A stretch of 64,000 nt of DNA from Candidatus Sulfotelmatobacter sp. (GTDB lineage: Bacteria; Acidobacteriota; Terriglobia; Terriglobales; Acidobacteriaceae). The position numbers and the translations under genes are program-made. A model generated the notes under the pieces. It saw only the letters and a program-made list of their open reading frames with translations. It had not been told where the DNA came from and ran no database searches. The stretch is taken from NCBI GenBank assembly GCA_035695545.1, contig DASRRV010000019.1:411-64410 (forward strand), in the 5' to 3' direction. This document shows positions 8,743 through 18,361 of the stretch, in pieces (the first letter of the stretch is position 1; each line of letters begins with the position of its first letter).

Positions 8743-9282
8743 ATGTCACGAATTGGAAAAAAACCGATCCCGATTCCCAAAGGGGTGACGGTCAAAGTGG
8801 AAGGCAACACGGTCCTGGTGCAGGGGCCGAAGGGCAAGCTGGATACCGCGCTGCCGGCCGGCATCAAGGTCGAGCAGAAGGACGGAAACATCGTCGCCAT
8901 CCGCGAGAACGACTCGCAGGCCGCCCTTCACGGGTTGGCTCGCGCCTTGGTGAACAACGCCGTTGAGGGCGTGACCAAGGGCTGGACGCGCGAACTGGAG
9001 ATCGTCGGCATCGGCTATCGCGCCGAGATGAAGGGGAAGACCACGGTGGTGTTCAACCTGGGCTACTCGCATCCGATCGAGTATCCGTTGCCGACTGGCG
9101 TGGATGCGGTGGTCGATCCCAAGCAGACGAAGATCGCGCTGACAGGAATCGACCGGCAGAAGGTGGGACAGGTAGCCGCGGAAATGCGGTCGCTGCGTCC
9201 GCCGGATCCGTATAAGAACAAGGGCGTGCGCTATGTGGGCGAGCGCTTGAAGAAGAAGGTCGGAAAGACCGGAGCGAAATAG
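8743..9282 (+). CDS. rplF: 50S ribosomal protein L6
   Basis: [15 protein letters not shown] is a typical L6 N-terminus. The ORF-track start at 8725 is less likely. Confidence 0.96.
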   Translation: MSRIGKKPIPIPKGVTVKVEGNTVLVQGPKGKLDTALPAGIKVEQKDGNIVAIRENDSQAALHGLARALVNNAVEGVTKGWTRELEIVGIGYRAEMKGKTTVVFNLGYSHPIEYPLPTGVDAVVDPKQTKIALTGIDRQKVGQVAAEMRSLRPPDPYKNKGVRYVGERLKKKVGKTGAK

Positions 9283-9336
9283 CTTTCAGCTGTCAGCTTA
9301 GCAGCGGGAGCGTCTGGCTGGCAGTGCTGGCTGAGG
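9281..9336. repeat. CAGCT/GCTGG word-array hairpin
   Basis: agctttcagctgtcagcttagcagc ... ggctggcagtgctggctgagg in the rplF-rplR spacer. Confidence 0.7.
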
Positions 9337-9345
9337 GTTTTAGAC

Positions 9346-9711
9346 ATGCTTACTAGGATTACAAAAAACGAGAAGCGCGGGCATGTGCACGAGCGCATCC
9401 GCAAACGGATGCAGGGGACTGCGGAACGTCCGCGGCTCAACGTGTACCGCTCGCTGAACCACATTTACGTGCAGGTGATCGACGACTTGAGCGGCAAGAC
9501 GCTGGTTTCGGCCAGCACGGCCGAGGGCAAGAAGGAAGACCGGCGCACCGGCGGCAACGTCGCTTCGGCGAAAGCGATTGGCAAGGCGATCGCTGAACGC
9601 GCCAAGGCCAAGGGCGTGACCAAGGTCGTATTCGATCGCGGCGGCTACCTTTATCACGGGCGCGTGAAGGCTTTGGCCGACGCGGCGCGCGAAGCGGGAT
9701 TGCAGTTCTAA
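9346..9711 (+). CDS. rplR: 50S ribosomal protein L18
   Basis: [20 protein letters not shown]...[26 protein letters not shown] is L18-like. Confidence 0.96.
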   Translation: MLTRITKNEKRGHVHERIRKRMQGTAERPRLNVYRSLNHIYVQVIDDLSGKTLVSASTAEGKKEDRRTGGNVASAKAIGKAIAERAKAKGVTKVVFDRGGYLYHGRVKALADAAREAGLQF

Positions 9712-9716
9712 AAGAA

Positions 9717-9799
9717 CAGCCGTGAGTTGTGAGCGGCGAGCTATGAGCGAACGGGTCGGCTCATCACTCAGAGCTCAAAGCTCGCAGCTAGAAGCTGAG
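9717..9799. repeat. GTGAGC/GCTCA word-array hairpin ending in AGCTAGA units
   Basis: cagccgtgagttgtgagcggcgagctatgagcgaac ... ggctcatcactcagagctcaaagctcgcagctagaagctgag. Ends 5 nt before the rpsE ATG. Confidence 0.8.
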
Positions 9800-9804
9800 A
9801 AATT

Positions 9805-10314
9805 ATGCCAACAGTAATAAAGAAGCTCGATGCAGGTTCGTTCCAGCTGAAGGACCAGGTGGTCGCCATTAACCGCGTGACCAAAGTGGTCAAGGGCGGC
9901 AAGAATCTTTCGTTCGCCGCGCTGGTGGTGGTGGGCGATCCCTCGGCCGCTGTCGTGGGCTACGGTTCCGGCAAGGCGAAGGAAGTTCCGCAGGCCATCC
10001 GTAAGGGGATCGAGTCGGCGAAGAAGAATCTGATGAAGGTAAACCTGACGCAGACCAGCATTGCCCACCTCGTGTTGGGACGGTACGGTTCGGGCAAGGT
10101 GCTGCTGAAGCCCGCTCCGGAAGGTACCGGCGTGATTGCGGGCGGCGCGGTGCGCGCGGTGATGACTTCGGTGGGCGTGCAGAACGTTCTGACGAAGTCG
10201 ATCGGCACGACCAATCCGCACAACGTGATCAAGGCGACCTTCGACGCGCTGAAGCAGTTGAAGAGCCGGGAGAGCGTGGCGGCGATGCGCGGGAAAACAA
10301 CGCAGGAATTGTAA
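9805..10314 (+). CDS. rpsE: 30S ribosomal protein S5
   Basis: [27 protein letters not shown] is S5-like. Confidence 0.97.
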   Translation: MPTVIKKLDAGSFQLKDQVVAINRVTKVVKGGKNLSFAALVVVGDPSAAVVGYGSGKAKEVPQAIRKGIESAKKNLMKVNLTQTSIAHLVLGRYGSGKVLLKPAPEGTGVIAGGAVRAVMTSVGVQNVLTKSIGTTNPHNVIKATFDALKQLKSRESVAAMRGKTTQEL

Positions 10315-10334
10315 CGAGTACCGAGGTTTAGGAA

Positions 10335-10535
10335 ATGAAGGCGAAGAAAACGAATTCGGGCAGCGGAACGATCCAGTTGAAATGGGTGCGCTCCGCCATT
10401 TGTGCCCCGGTCAAGCAGAAACGGGTGATCAAGGGGCTGGGATTCACACGGCTGAACCAGGTCATTGAGCGTCCAGACACCAATGCCATTCGTGGCATGG
10501 TGGCCAAGGTCCCGCATCTGGTTGAGGTTGTCTAA
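10335..10535 (+). CDS. rpmD: 50S ribosomal protein L30
   Basis: 66 aa, position between rpsE and rplO. IQLKWVRSAICAPVKQKRVIKGLGF is L30-like. Confidence 0.92.
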   Translation: MKAKKTNSGSGTIQLKWVRSAICAPVKQKRVIKGLGFTRLNQVIERPDTNAIRGMVAKVPHLVEVV

Positions 10536-10540
10536 CTGCA

Positions 10541-10614
10541 GGTTTCAGTGTTTCAAGGTTTTAAAGTTAACCCTTCGAGCCTTGAAAATTTGAAAACTTC
10601 GAAACCTTGAAACT
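10541..10614. repeat. GTTTCAAR word-array hairpin
   Basis: ggtttcagtgtttcaaggttttaaagtt ... ccttgaaaatttgaaaacttcgaaaccttgaaac in the rpmD-rplO spacer. Confidence 0.9.
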
Positions 10615-10625
10615 TGGGTTCACTT

Positions 10626-11078
10626 ATGAATTTATCGAACATTCGAGCACCGAAGAAGGCTACGGAGAAGCGCAAGCGCGTGGGGCGCGGTATGGGCTCC
10701 GGCATGGGCAAGACGTCCACCCGTGGGCACAAGGGGCAGCGCTCACGCACTGGCTCGCGCATGATTCGCGGCTTTGAAGGCGGCCAAATGCCGCTGCACC
10801 GCCGCATGCCCAAGCGAGGATTCACCAACATTTTCCGCAAGGAATTCAACATCGTGAGCCTGGAGCGGCTGGTCGAGCTCGGCGAAACGACCGTTACGCC
10901 CGACGTCCTGCGCAAGGCCGGCGTGATCAAAACCAAGCATCCGGTGAAGATTCTGGGCGATGGCGAGCTGACGACAGCGATCACCGTGCACGCGCATAAG
11001 TTTTCGAAGTCGGCTCAGGAAAAGATCACCAAGGCGGGCGGCAAGTTTGAGGTCCTATCCCTGGGGGCGGGGCAGTAA
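10626..11078 (+). CDS. rplO: 50S ribosomal protein L15
   Basis: MNLSNIRAPKKATEKRKRVGRGMGSGMGKTSTRGHKGQ. I prefer ATG 10626 to the TTG at 10614, which lies in the repeat arm. Confidence 0.95.
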   Translation: MNLSNIRAPKKATEKRKRVGRGMGSGMGKTSTRGHKGQRSRTGSRMIRGFEGGQMPLHRRMPKRGFTNIFRKEFNIVSLERLVELGETTVTPDVLRKAGVIKTKHPVKILGDGELTTAITVHAHKFSKSAQEKITKAGGKFEVLSLGAGQ

Positions 11079-12463
11079 TGTTTGAAAAGCTGGCTAACAT
11101 CTTCCGCATTCCAGACCTGCGCAAGCGCATCCTCTTCACCATGGGAATGCTGTTCGTGTACCGGCTGGGCGGGCACTTGCCCACTCCGGGCGTGAAGTGG
11201 GAGCAGCTGGAGCACTTCTTCGATCAGAACAAAGGATCTTTCCTGGGGTTTGTGGACCTGTTCTCTGGCGGCCAGTTGCGCCGGTTGACGATTTTCGCTC
11301 TGGGAATCATGCCGTACATCACGGCGTCGATCATTCTGCAGTTGCTGACCGTGGTTTATGAGCCGCTGGCCAAGTTGCAGAAGGAAGGCGAACTCGGGCG
11401 CAAGAAGATTACGCAGTGGACGCGGTACATCACCGTCATCCTGAGCGCGGTGCAATCGTTCGGCATAGCTGTGGGCTTGGAGAAGAGCGGGGATTTCGTC
11501 ATCAATCCGGGCTGGTCGTTTCGCCTGATGACAATGCTGACGCTAACTACGGGCAGCGCGTTCATCATGTGGCTGGGCGAACAGATTACCGATCGCGGAG
11601 TGGGCAACGGGATGTCGCTGCTGATCTTCGCGGGTATTGTGGTGGGCTTGCCGCGTGGCGTGGCTGATCTGGTCGAGAAAGCGAAGAACGCTGCCTGGGG
11701 AGCGATGACGTTCCCGCTGATGATCTTCCTGGTCATCTTCATGATTGCGGTGGTGGCCTTCATCGTGTGGGTCGAACGAAGCGAACGCAGAATTCCGGTA
11801 CAGTACGCAAAACGCGTCGTTGGAAGAAAAGTGATGGGTGGCCAGTCGACGCACCTGCCGTTGCGCGTAAATGCGGGCGGCGTCATGCCCGTGATTTTTG
11901 CGTCGTCCATCTTGACGATGCCGCAGACGATCGGGTACGGATTGCGCAACAGTCGCTACTTCTCCGATCTGATTCGCATGCTGGGGTGGGGCGAGCCGCT
12001 CTATACCTTGCTTTATGCGGTCGGCATTATTTTCTTCGCGTATTTTTACGTTTCCATCGTGTTCAATCCGAGCGAAGTCGCTGACAACATGCGTAAGTAT
12101 GGCGGGTTTATTCCCGGCATTCGTCCGGGGAAGCGCACGGCGGACTTCATCAATGACGTGCTGACGCGCATCACGCTGGTGGGTGCGCTTTACCTGATCC
12201 TGATTTCGTTCATTCCGGAGTGGATGATCACCGGCATTCACTTGAATCATCTTCCGTGGGTGTTCGGCCGATTCTTCGAATCGCTTCCCAACTGGGTGAC
12301 GAACGGGTTGGGTGTGAACTTTTATTTTGGTGGAACGTCGCTGCTGATTGTGGTGGGCGTGGCGATGGATACGGTGACGCAGATCGAGGCGCAGTTGATC
12401 ATGCGCCACTATGACGGATTCACGCCGCGCAGTGGACGCATTCGCGGCCGCCGGACTTGGTAA
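11078..12463 (+). CDS. secY: preprotein translocase subunit SecY
   Basis: 461 aa, multi-TM, SecY-like (GIMPYITASIILQLL). Its ATG overlaps the rplO stop. Confidence 0.98.
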   Translation: MFEKLANIFRIPDLRKRILFTMGMLFVYRLGGHLPTPGVKWEQLEHFFDQNKGSFLGFVDLFSGGQLRRLTIFALGIMPYITASIILQLLTVVYEPLAKLQKEGELGRKKITQWTRYITVILSAVQSFGIAVGLEKSGDFVINPGWSFRLMTMLTLTTGSAFIMWLGEQITDRGVGNGMSLLIFAGIVVGLPRGVADLVEKAKNAAWGAMTFPLMIFLVIFMIAVVAFIVWVERSERRIPVQYAKRVVGRKVMGGQSTHLPLRVNAGGVMPVIFASSILTMPQTIGYGLRNSRYFSDLIRMLGWGEPLYTLLYAVGIIFFAYFYVSIVFNPSEVADNMRKYGGFIPGIRPGKRTADFINDVLTRITLVGALYLILISFIPEWMITGIHLNHLPWVFGRFFESLPNWVTNGLGVNFYFGGTSLLIVVGVAMDTVTQIEAQLIMRHYDGFTPRSGRIRGRRTW

Positions 12464-12570
12464 AAGGCTATTCGTAGAGTTGTGGGGGTTGCTGCACCTT
12501 GTTGTTGCAGCACCTCGGCAGTGGTTCTGGGGCGCCGGGGAGACTGGATCGGGAGGCTTTTGCCAAGCCG

Positions 12571-13275
12571 ATGGTGCAGGAAACCTCGCGCGACGTAGGA
12601 CCTGTGGTGCTGCTCGGACCACCGGGTGCCGGAAAAGGCACTCAGGCAAAGCGCATCATGGAGCGTTACGGAATTCCCCAGGTGTCGACGGGCGACCTGT
12701 TACGGGAGAATGTAGCCTGTGGAACGGAACTGGGACTCGTTGCCAAGGCTGTAATGGCGCGCGGAGAGCTGGTTTCCGACGACCTGGTTTGCACCATGGT
12801 CCGTGAGCGCTTGATGCAGCCGGACTGCAAGCGCGGATATATTCTCGACGGATTTCCCCGGACTGCAGCCCAGGCTGGGTGGCTCGATGCTCTGCTCGAC
12901 CATGAGCTCTTTGACAACTCGCGTCCTACCCGGGCTTGGCCGATTGTGATCCGCCTGGACGTGGACTATAATCAATTGCTGCTCCGGATTACTGGACGCC
13001 GTTCTTGTCCCACCTGTGGACGGATCTATAACGTCCACCTCCAGCCGCCCCGGGTGGATGAAATCTGTGACGAAGCCCACGGGACGAAGCTGGTGACCCG
13101 CAATGACGACCGGTTGGAAGTACTTCAGCCACGACTCACTGCATACCAGGAGCAGACTCGTCCGGTAGCGGACTACTACCAGCGCACGGGCAGATTGATT
13201 TCGGTGAACGGCGATCTGCCGATGGACGATGTCACGGACCAGATTTACCGGATATTGGAAGATCATCACGATTAA
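12571..13275 (+). CDS. adk: adenylate kinase (Cys3-Asp lid)
   Basis: P-loop GPPGAGKGTQ. Lid sequence CPTCGRIYN...CDEAHG...RNDD. I prefer ATG 12571 (GGGAGG upstream) to the ORF-track start at 12499. Confidence 0.95.
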   Translation: MVQETSRDVGPVVLLGPPGAGKGTQAKRIMERYGIPQVSTGDLLRENVACGTELGLVAKAVMARGELVSDDLVCTMVRERLMQPDCKRGYILDGFPRTAAQAGWLDALLDHELFDNSRPTRAWPIVIRLDVDYNQLLLRITGRRSCPTCGRIYNVHLQPPRVDEICDEAHGTKLVTRNDDRLEVLQPRLTAYQEQTRPVADYYQRTGRLISVNGDLPMDDVTDQIYRILEDHHD

Positions 13276-13280
13276 GAAGA

Positions 13281-14033
13281 ATGGCGATTGTGTGTAAATC
13301 ATCGGCGGAAATTGAAAAGATGCGGCAGAGCGGCCACATCGTACGCCAGGTTCTCGATCATGTACGAGGGCTGGTAGCGCCGGGCATCACCACCATGGAC
13401 CTGGAGCGCGCCGCCGAGAAGAAGATCAAGGAACTCGGAGCCAAGCCGGCGTTCAAGGGGTATTACGATTATCCCTGCGTGTTGTGCACGTCGGTGAACG
13501 AAGAGATTGTGCACGGCATCCCGTCGGAAAAGCGTACGTTGAAGGAAGGCGACATCGTTTCGATCGACAGTGGCGTCGTCCTCGACGGATATTACGGAGA
13601 CTCCGCGATTACTGTACCGGTCGGCAATGGACTCAAGCCGGAGTTGCAGAAGTTGCTGGAAGTCACCGAAGCGTCGCTGTACCGGGGTATTGAGCAGGCG
13701 CGCATCGGCAACTCGGTGGAAGATATTGGCGCGGCGGTGCAGGAACATGTGGAAGCCGCGGGATTCAGCGTGGTGCGCGAGTTCGTGGGACACGGCATCG
13801 GGACGCGGTTGCACGAGGAGCCGCAGGTCCCGAACTTCGGTAGCCGAGGACACGGCGCTCGGTTGCGCGAAGGCATGGTGCTCGCGATCGAGCCCATGGT
13901 GAATTACGGCAAGCCGGAAACGCGCGTCCTGGGCGACAAGTGGACGGCGGTGACCGCAGACGGAAGTTTCAGCGCGCATTTCGAGCACTGTGTCGCGGTG
14001 ACGAAAGACGGGCCGATGATATTAACGCAGTGA
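13281..14033 (+). CDS. map: type I methionine aminopeptidase
   Basis: 250 aa with the HGIP...DSG...GHGIG...EPM metal-ligand pattern. Confidence 0.97.
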   Translation: MAIVCKSSAEIEKMRQSGHIVRQVLDHVRGLVAPGITTMDLERAAEKKIKELGAKPAFKGYYDYPCVLCTSVNEEIVHGIPSEKRTLKEGDIVSIDSGVVLDGYYGDSAITVPVGNGLKPELQKLLEVTEASLYRGIEQARIGNSVEDIGAAVQEHVEAAGFSVVREFVGHGIGTRLHEEPQVPNFGSRGHGARLREGMVLAIEPMVNYGKPETRVLGDKWTAVTADGSFSAHFEHCVAVTKDGPMILTQ

Positions 14034-14084
14034 GCGATGAGCTGTGAGCAATGAGCAGGCTGAGTTTGCTCAAAGCTCAATGCT
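14032..14084. repeat. GAGC/GCTCA word-array hairpin
   Basis: gagcgatgagctgtgagcaatgagcaggctgagtttgctcaaagctcaatgct in the map-infA spacer. Confidence 0.75.
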
Positions 14085-14095
14085 AAAAGGGGTGC

Positions 14096-14314
14096 ATGAG
14101 CAAAGAAGACGCGATTGAAGTGATGGCGGTGGTGCTGGAACCACTGCCGAATGCCATGTTCCGAGTGGAACTGGAAAACAAGCACCAGGTGCTGGCGCAC
14201 GTATCGGGCAAGATGCGCAAGAACTTCATTCGTATTCTGCCCGGGGACAAGGTTGCGGTGGAGCTTTCGCCGTACGACCTGAATCGCGGGCGGATTGTGT
14301 ATCGGTATAAATGA
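14096..14314 (+). CDS. infA: translation initiation factor IF-1
   Basis: 72 aa, [41 protein letters not shown]. Confidence 0.97.
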   Translation: MSKEDAIEVMAVVLEPLPNAMFRVELENKHQVLAHVSGKMRKNFIRILPGDKVAVELSPYDLNRGRIVYRYK

Positions 14315-14329
14315 ATTTGGTTTGCTGGC

Positions 14330-14356
14330 GGCTGAGAGCTGACAGCTGAAGGCTGG
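14330..14356. repeat. GCTGANA word array
   Basis: ggctgagagctgacagctgaaggctgg. Ends 3 nt before the rpmJ ATG. Confidence 0.7.
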
Positions 14357-14359
14357 GTT

Positions 14360-14473
14360 ATGAAGGTACGAGCATCGGTAAAGAAGATTTGCGACAAGTG
14401 CAAGGTCATCCACCGCAAAGGTGTGGTGCGGGTGATTTGCGTCAACTCGAAACACAAACAGCGCCAGGGATAG
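14360..14473 (+). CDS. rpmJ: 50S ribosomal protein L36
   Basis: Translated by hand, not in the ORF track: [37 protein letters not shown], stop TAG 14471-14473. Canonical position between infA and rpsM. Confidence 0.93.
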   Translation: MKVRASVKKICDKCKVIHRKGVVRVICVNSKHKQRQG

Positions 14474-14583
14474 AGCGGCGAGCCAGTAGTTTTGAGCCGT
14501 GAGCCAGGTGGGATCAGGGTTGCTCAAGACTCATAGCTCATAGCTCAAAGCTCATAGCTCAAAGCTCAAAGCTCAAAGCTGAG
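14474..14583. repeat. GCTCAWA heptamer word-array hairpin (8 tandem units in the right arm)
   Basis: The left arm gagcggcgagccagtagttttgagccgtgagcc pairs with the right arm gctcaagactcatagctcatagctcaaagctcatagctcaaagctcaaagctcaaagctgag. Lies in the rpmJ-rpsM spacer. Confidence 0.9.
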
Positions 14584-14608
14584 AAACTGCCGGAGGAATA
14601 AAGGAAAT

Positions 14609-14995
14609 ATGGCACGTATAGCAGGCGTGGATCTTCCGCGCGGGAAGCACATCAACATTGCGCTGACGTATATCTATGGTATCGGGCATCCGCGCGCCGG
14701 CCAGATCCTCGATGAGGCCAAGGTCGAGCCGATGAAGAAGGTTTCGGACCTGAGCGAAGAAGAGGTTAACCGCATCCGCACGGTCATTGAGGCTCAGGGC
14801 TTGGTGGAAGGCGATCTGCGCAAGGAAGTTTCGATGAACATCAAGCGTCTCATCGAAATCGGCTCCTACCGCGGATTCCGTCACCGCCGCAACCTGCCGG
14901 TCCGCGGCCAGCGCACACATACGAATGCCCGTACCCGCAAGGGTCCGCGCAAGGGAACGGTCGCGCAGAAGAAGAAGGCGACGGCAAAGACATAA
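14609..14995 (+). CDS. rpsM: 30S ribosomal protein S13
   Basis: [26 protein letters not shown] is S13-like. Confidence 0.97.
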   Translation: MARIAGVDLPRGKHINIALTYIYGIGHPRAGQILDEAKVEPMKKVSDLSEEEVNRIRTVIEAQGLVEGDLRKEVSMNIKRLIEIGSYRGFRHRRNLPVRGQRTHTNARTRKGPRKGTVAQKKKATAKT

Positions 14996-15000
14996 AGACA

Positions 15001-15089
15001 AGTTTCAAAGTTTCGAAGGTTTCAAGGTTTCAAAACAAATGCCTTGAAAACCTTGAAACCTTGAAACTTTGAAACTTTGAAACTTGAGG
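15001..15089. repeat. GTTTCAAR word-array hairpin
   Basis: agtttcaaagtttcgaaggtttcaaggtttcaaaac ... gccttgaaaaccttgaaaccttgaaactttgaaactttgaaacttgagg. Ends 4 nt before the rpsK ATG. Confidence 0.92.
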
Positions 15090-15093
15090 CCTT

Positions 15094-15528
15094 ATGGCTA
15101 AACCAGCAGCAGCGGGCGGCGCAGCAGCCGCACCGGAGAAAAAAGGGAAGAAGAAAACCTTCAAGAAGAAGGAGCGCAAGCACGTGCCCCATGGGTTGGT
15201 GTACGTGCAGGCGTCCTTCAATAACACGATCGTGACCATCACCGACATGAACGGGAACGTTCTGTCGTGGAAGAGTTCCGGATCGCTCGGCTTCCGTGGA
15301 TCGCGCAAGGGCACACCCTTTGCCGCCCAGCAGGCCGCGTCGAATGCCGCGAATATGGCGCGGGATCACGGCGTGCGCAGCGTGGATGTGCGCGTCAGCG
15401 GACCTGGATCGGGCCGCGAATCCGCTGTCCGCGCGCTGGCCGCCTCGGGTATTGAAGTAAGGTCGATTCGCGACGTCACGCCGATTCCGCATAATGGGTG
15501 CCGTCCGCCGAAGCGAAGGCGCGTTTAA
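15094..15528 (+). CDS. rpsK: 30S ribosomal protein S11 (Ala/Lys-rich N-terminal extension)
   Basis: The S11 core is [24 protein letters not shown]...[10 protein letters not shown]. Confidence 0.97.
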   Translation: MAKPAAAGGAAAAPEKKGKKKTFKKKERKHVPHGLVYVQASFNNTIVTITDMNGNVLSWKSSGSLGFRGSRKGTPFAAQQAASNAANMARDHGVRSVDVRVSGPGSGRESAVRALAASGIEVRSIRDVTPIPHNGCRPPKRRRV

Positions 15529-15547
15529 GCAGTCAGTAGTTGCCTGA

Positions 15548-15613
15548 CATTTCAAAGTGGCAAAGTTTCAAGGTTTCGAAGTAAGAACTTTGAAACCTTC
15601 GAAACTTTGAAAC
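15548..15613. repeat. GTTTCAAR word-array hairpin
   Basis: catttcaaagtggcaaagtttcaaggtttcgaag ... ctttgaaaccttcgaaactttgaaac in the rpsK-rpsD spacer. Confidence 0.9.
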
Positions 15614-15680
15614 ATGATTTTTTGTCCGGGATGAAGGGTGAAGCCAAACCTGTAAACCGGTCATCTAAAGGAGAAGAAAC

Positions 15681-16310
15681 TTGGCGCGTTATACCGATGC
15701 AGTCTGCCGTCTATGCCGCCGCGAGGGCATGAAGCTGTTCCTCAAAGGCGCAAAGTGCTTCAGCGATAAGTGTCCTATCGAGAAGCGCAACTTCGCCCCC
15801 GGACAACATGGAAAGGACCGTAAGGCCAAAATCGTTGGCTACGGTCTGCAACTGCGCGAAAAGCAGAAAGCAAAGCGCATCTACTTCACGCAGGAAGGCC
15901 AGTTCCGCAACTACTTCGAGAAGGCGGCGCGCTCAAGGGGCGTGACCGGCGAATTGCTCTTGCAGCAGCTCGAACGGCGTCTTGACAACGTGGTGTTCCG
16001 CCTTGGCTTTGCGCAGTCGCGGCGCCAGGCGCGCCAGTTGGTGCGTCACGGGCATGTTGCCGTCAACAACCGCAAGGTCAACATTCCTTCGTTTGAAGTA
16101 AGCGCAGGCCATGAGATCTCGATCCGCGAGAGCAGCAAGAAGCTCACCGTGCTCGAACTGGCCAAGGAATTCGCCAGCCACGGGACCATGCCGAATTGGC
16201 TGGAAGTGGATCGCGACAATTTCAAGGCGCGCGTGCTTTCGCTGCCCAAGCGCGAGGATATTCAGCTGCCGGTGAACGAGCAACTGATTGTCGAGTTGTA
16301 CAGCAAGTAA
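15681..16310 (+). CDS. rpsD: 30S ribosomal protein S4
   Basis: TTG start with AAGGAG upstream. [23 protein letters not shown] is S4-like. Confidence 0.97.
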   Translation: MARYTDAVCRLCRREGMKLFLKGAKCFSDKCPIEKRNFAPGQHGKDRKAKIVGYGLQLREKQKAKRIYFTQEGQFRNYFEKAARSRGVTGELLLQQLERRLDNVVFRLGFAQSRRQARQLVRHGHVAVNNRKVNIPSFEVSAGHEISIRESSKKLTVLELAKEFASHGTMPNWLEVDRDNFKARVLSLPKREDIQLPVNEQLIVELYSK

Positions 16311-16325
16311 CGATTGCGTAGTGCA

Positions 16326-16393
16326 GGTTTCAAAGTTTCAGAGGCTTCAAAGACAAACAACGTTGAAACGTTGAAACTTTGAAACTTTGCAAC
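16326..16393. repeat. GTTTCAAR word-array hairpin
   Basis: ggtttcaaagtttcagaggcttcaaag ... cgttgaaacgttgaaactttgaaactttgcaac in the rpsD-rpoA spacer. Confidence 0.9.
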
Positions 16394-16495
16394 ACCGGTC
16401 CACATTCGAGCCAGATCAGCCTTTGCTGACGCCCGACCTGAATCCGGACCGATTCAGGGAGTCAGCATTGAGCCAAACGGCCGAAGGAGAAACAA

Positions 16496-17533
16496 ATGCT
16501 TTGGAAAGGTTTTCAGAAACCGAAACGTCTCGCAGTTGACACCTCCGCCCTCACCGACAAGTACGGCATGTTCTGGGCGCAACCCTTTGAGCGCGGCTTC
16601 GGAACGACCGTGGGCAATGCCCTGCGGCGCGTGCTGCTGAGTTCGATTGAAGGCGCAGCCGTTACCGCGGTGAAGATGGAAGGCGTGCTGCACGAGTTCC
16701 AGTCGATCCCTGGTGTGGTCGAGGACGCGACCGACATCATCCTCAACCTGAAGCAGATTCCGTTCAAGCTCGCGGGCGACGCGCCGAAGGCGATTTACCT
16801 GCGCGCAGATCAGCCCGGTGTGGTCACCAGCGGAATGATCGAAGCTGATGGAGATGTCGAAGTCCTCGACAAGGACGTTTATATTGCGACCGTCAGCGAG
16901 GGCGGCAAGCTCGACATGGAAATGCGCCTGAAGCGCGGGCGCGGCTATGTCTCTGCCGACAAGAACTTCGACGAGGACCTCGGCATCGGCTTTATTCCGA
17001 TCGACTCCGTTCACTCTCCGGTTCGCAAGTGCAACTACACGGTCGAAGCGGCGCGTCTCGGACAGATTACCGACTACGACAAGCTGACTCTCGAAGTGTG
17101 GACCAACGGCTCCATCACGCCGGCCGACTCGATTGGTCTGGCGGCGAAGCTGCTGAAGGACCACATGAATATCTTCATCAATTTCGAGGAAGAAATCGAA
17201 ACCGGTACGTCGTCGTCCGACGATCGCAAACCCGAGATCCACAACGAGAACCTCAACCGTTCCGTCGAAGAGCTCGAGCTTTCGGTGCGCAGCTACAACT
17301 GCCTGAAGAACGCGAACATTCAGACCATTGGAGAGCTCGTTCAGAAGACCGAAGCCGAAATGCTCAAGACCAAGAACTTTGGCCGCAAGTCGCTGAACGA
17401 GATCAAGGAGATTCTCTCCTCGATGGGCCTGAGTCTCGGCATGAAGATCGACGAGCACGGCAATGCGGTGCCCGGACCGACTTCGAACGTACCGTTGCCG
17501 GCGTCGGCGTACGGACCGGACGACCAGCTGTAG
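16496..17533 (+). CDS. rpoA: DNA-directed RNA polymerase subunit alpha
   Basis: 345 aa with an alpha NTD, and a CTD containing [24 protein letters not shown]. Confidence 0.98.
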   Translation: MLWKGFQKPKRLAVDTSALTDKYGMFWAQPFERGFGTTVGNALRRVLLSSIEGAAVTAVKMEGVLHEFQSIPGVVEDATDIILNLKQIPFKLAGDAPKAIYLRADQPGVVTSGMIEADGDVEVLDKDVYIATVSEGGKLDMEMRLKRGRGYVSADKNFDEDLGIGFIPIDSVHSPVRKCNYTVEAARLGQITDYDKLTLEVWTNGSITPADSIGLAAKLLKDHMNIFINFEEEIETGTSSSDDRKPEIHNENLNRSVEELELSVRSYNCLKNANIQTIGELVQKTEAEMLKTKNFGRKSLNEIKEILSSMGLSLGMKIDEHGNAVPGPTSNVPLPASAYGPDDQL

Positions 17534-17540
17534 AAACACA

Positions 17541-17570
17541 GGTTTCAAGGTTTCAGAGTTTCAAAGTTGG
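17541..17570. repeat. GTTTCAAR word array, forward arm only
   Basis: ggtttcaaggtttcagagtttcaaagttgg after the rpoA stop. Confidence 0.85.
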
Positions 17571-17586
17571 AAAGCACACTGGGAAG

Positions 17587-17642
17587 GGCACGGCTTTTAG
17601 CCGTGCCGCCCCAAGCGACAAAGGATTCGCGGCTTGAGCCGC
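17587..17642. repeat. two short GC hairpins (GGCACGGC-TTTTA-GCCGTGCC and GCGGC-TTGA-GCCGC), REP-like
   Basis: Read directly. The first stem sequence, GGCACGGC/GCCGTGCC, is reused in the rplQ terminator at 18236-18255. Confidence 0.6.
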
Positions 17643-17664
17643 TGAGGTTTTGGTCTTTGATCTT

Positions 17665-17700
17665 GAGCTAGGAGCTAAGAGCTAGTAGCTAGAAGCTGAG
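17665..17700. repeat. AGCTARN heptamer word array
   Basis: gagctaggagctaagagctagtagctagaagctgag. Ends 7 nt before the rplQ ATG. Confidence 0.85.
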
Positions 17701-17707
17701 GGTTCTC

Positions 17708-18214
17708 ATGCGTCACAAAGTTGCAGGATACAAACTCGGACGGAACACATCGCACCGGCGCTCGCTGCTGCGCAACCTGGTCACCTCGGTCATCCTTGAG
17801 GAACGCATCGAAACGACTGTTCCCAAGGCCAAGGCGGCGAAGCCGCTGGTCGAAAAGATGATCACGCTGGGCAAGCGCGGCGACTTGGCTGCGCGGCGTC
17901 TGGCTGCCGCCTACCTGATGACCGATGCGGCTGTCGTAAAGCTGTTCGACACGGTCGGACCGCGTTTCGGCGATCGCGAAGGTGGATACACCCGCATCAT
18001 CCGCACGCATTGGAACAAGGGCGACGGGGCCGACAAGGCGTTCCTCGAACTGCTGGGCAGTGAGAAGATTCTCGACGAGAAGAAGGAAAAGCGCGCGGAA
18101 GCTCGCGCCAAGCGTGCCGCAGAAGCCAAGAAGGCCATGGAAGAGGCGGAAGCGCAGGCGCAGGTCGAGAGCGAATCCGCTCCTCCGGCCGAGGGCGGCG
18201 ACAAGAAAGAGTAG
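17708..18214 (+). CDS. rplQ: 50S ribosomal protein L17 (acidic/basic C-terminal extension)
   Basis: MRHKVAGYKLGRNTSHRRSLLRNL is L17-like. It is the last gene of the alpha operon. Confidence 0.96.
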   Translation: MRHKVAGYKLGRNTSHRRSLLRNLVTSVILEERIETTVPKAKAAKPLVEKMITLGKRGDLAARRLAAAYLMTDAAVVKLFDTVGPRFGDREGGYTRIIRTHWNKGDGADKAFLELLGSEKILDEKKEKRAEARAKRAAEAKKAMEEAEAQAQVESESAPPAEGGDKKE

Positions 18215-18235
18215 CTTTTTCTTTAGCTTTCACAG

Positions 18236-18265
18236 GGCACGGCTCGCGCCGTGCCTTTCTTTTCC
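18236..18265 (+). terminator. intrinsic terminator after rplQ
   Basis: Stem GGCACGGC (18236-18243) pairs with GCCGTGCC (18248-18255), loop TCGC, followed by TTTCTTTTCC. Confidence 0.8.
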
Positions 18266-18361
18266 TCTCCAGATTCTGAGTTGCCCCGGTCGTACATGTA
18301 CGTTCGCGTCTCCCACTCGTAATCTTGCCGCCCCTTTTGCAAACTCCATAAACTTCCTGTA

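Noticed and set aside
14522-14583. The tandem short repeats could be taken for a CRISPR array. The same applies to the other word arrays.
   Set aside because: The units are only 7-8 nt with no unique spacers between them. The arrays are under 110 nt and come as inverted pairs, and no cas genes are nearby. This is not CRISPR architecture.
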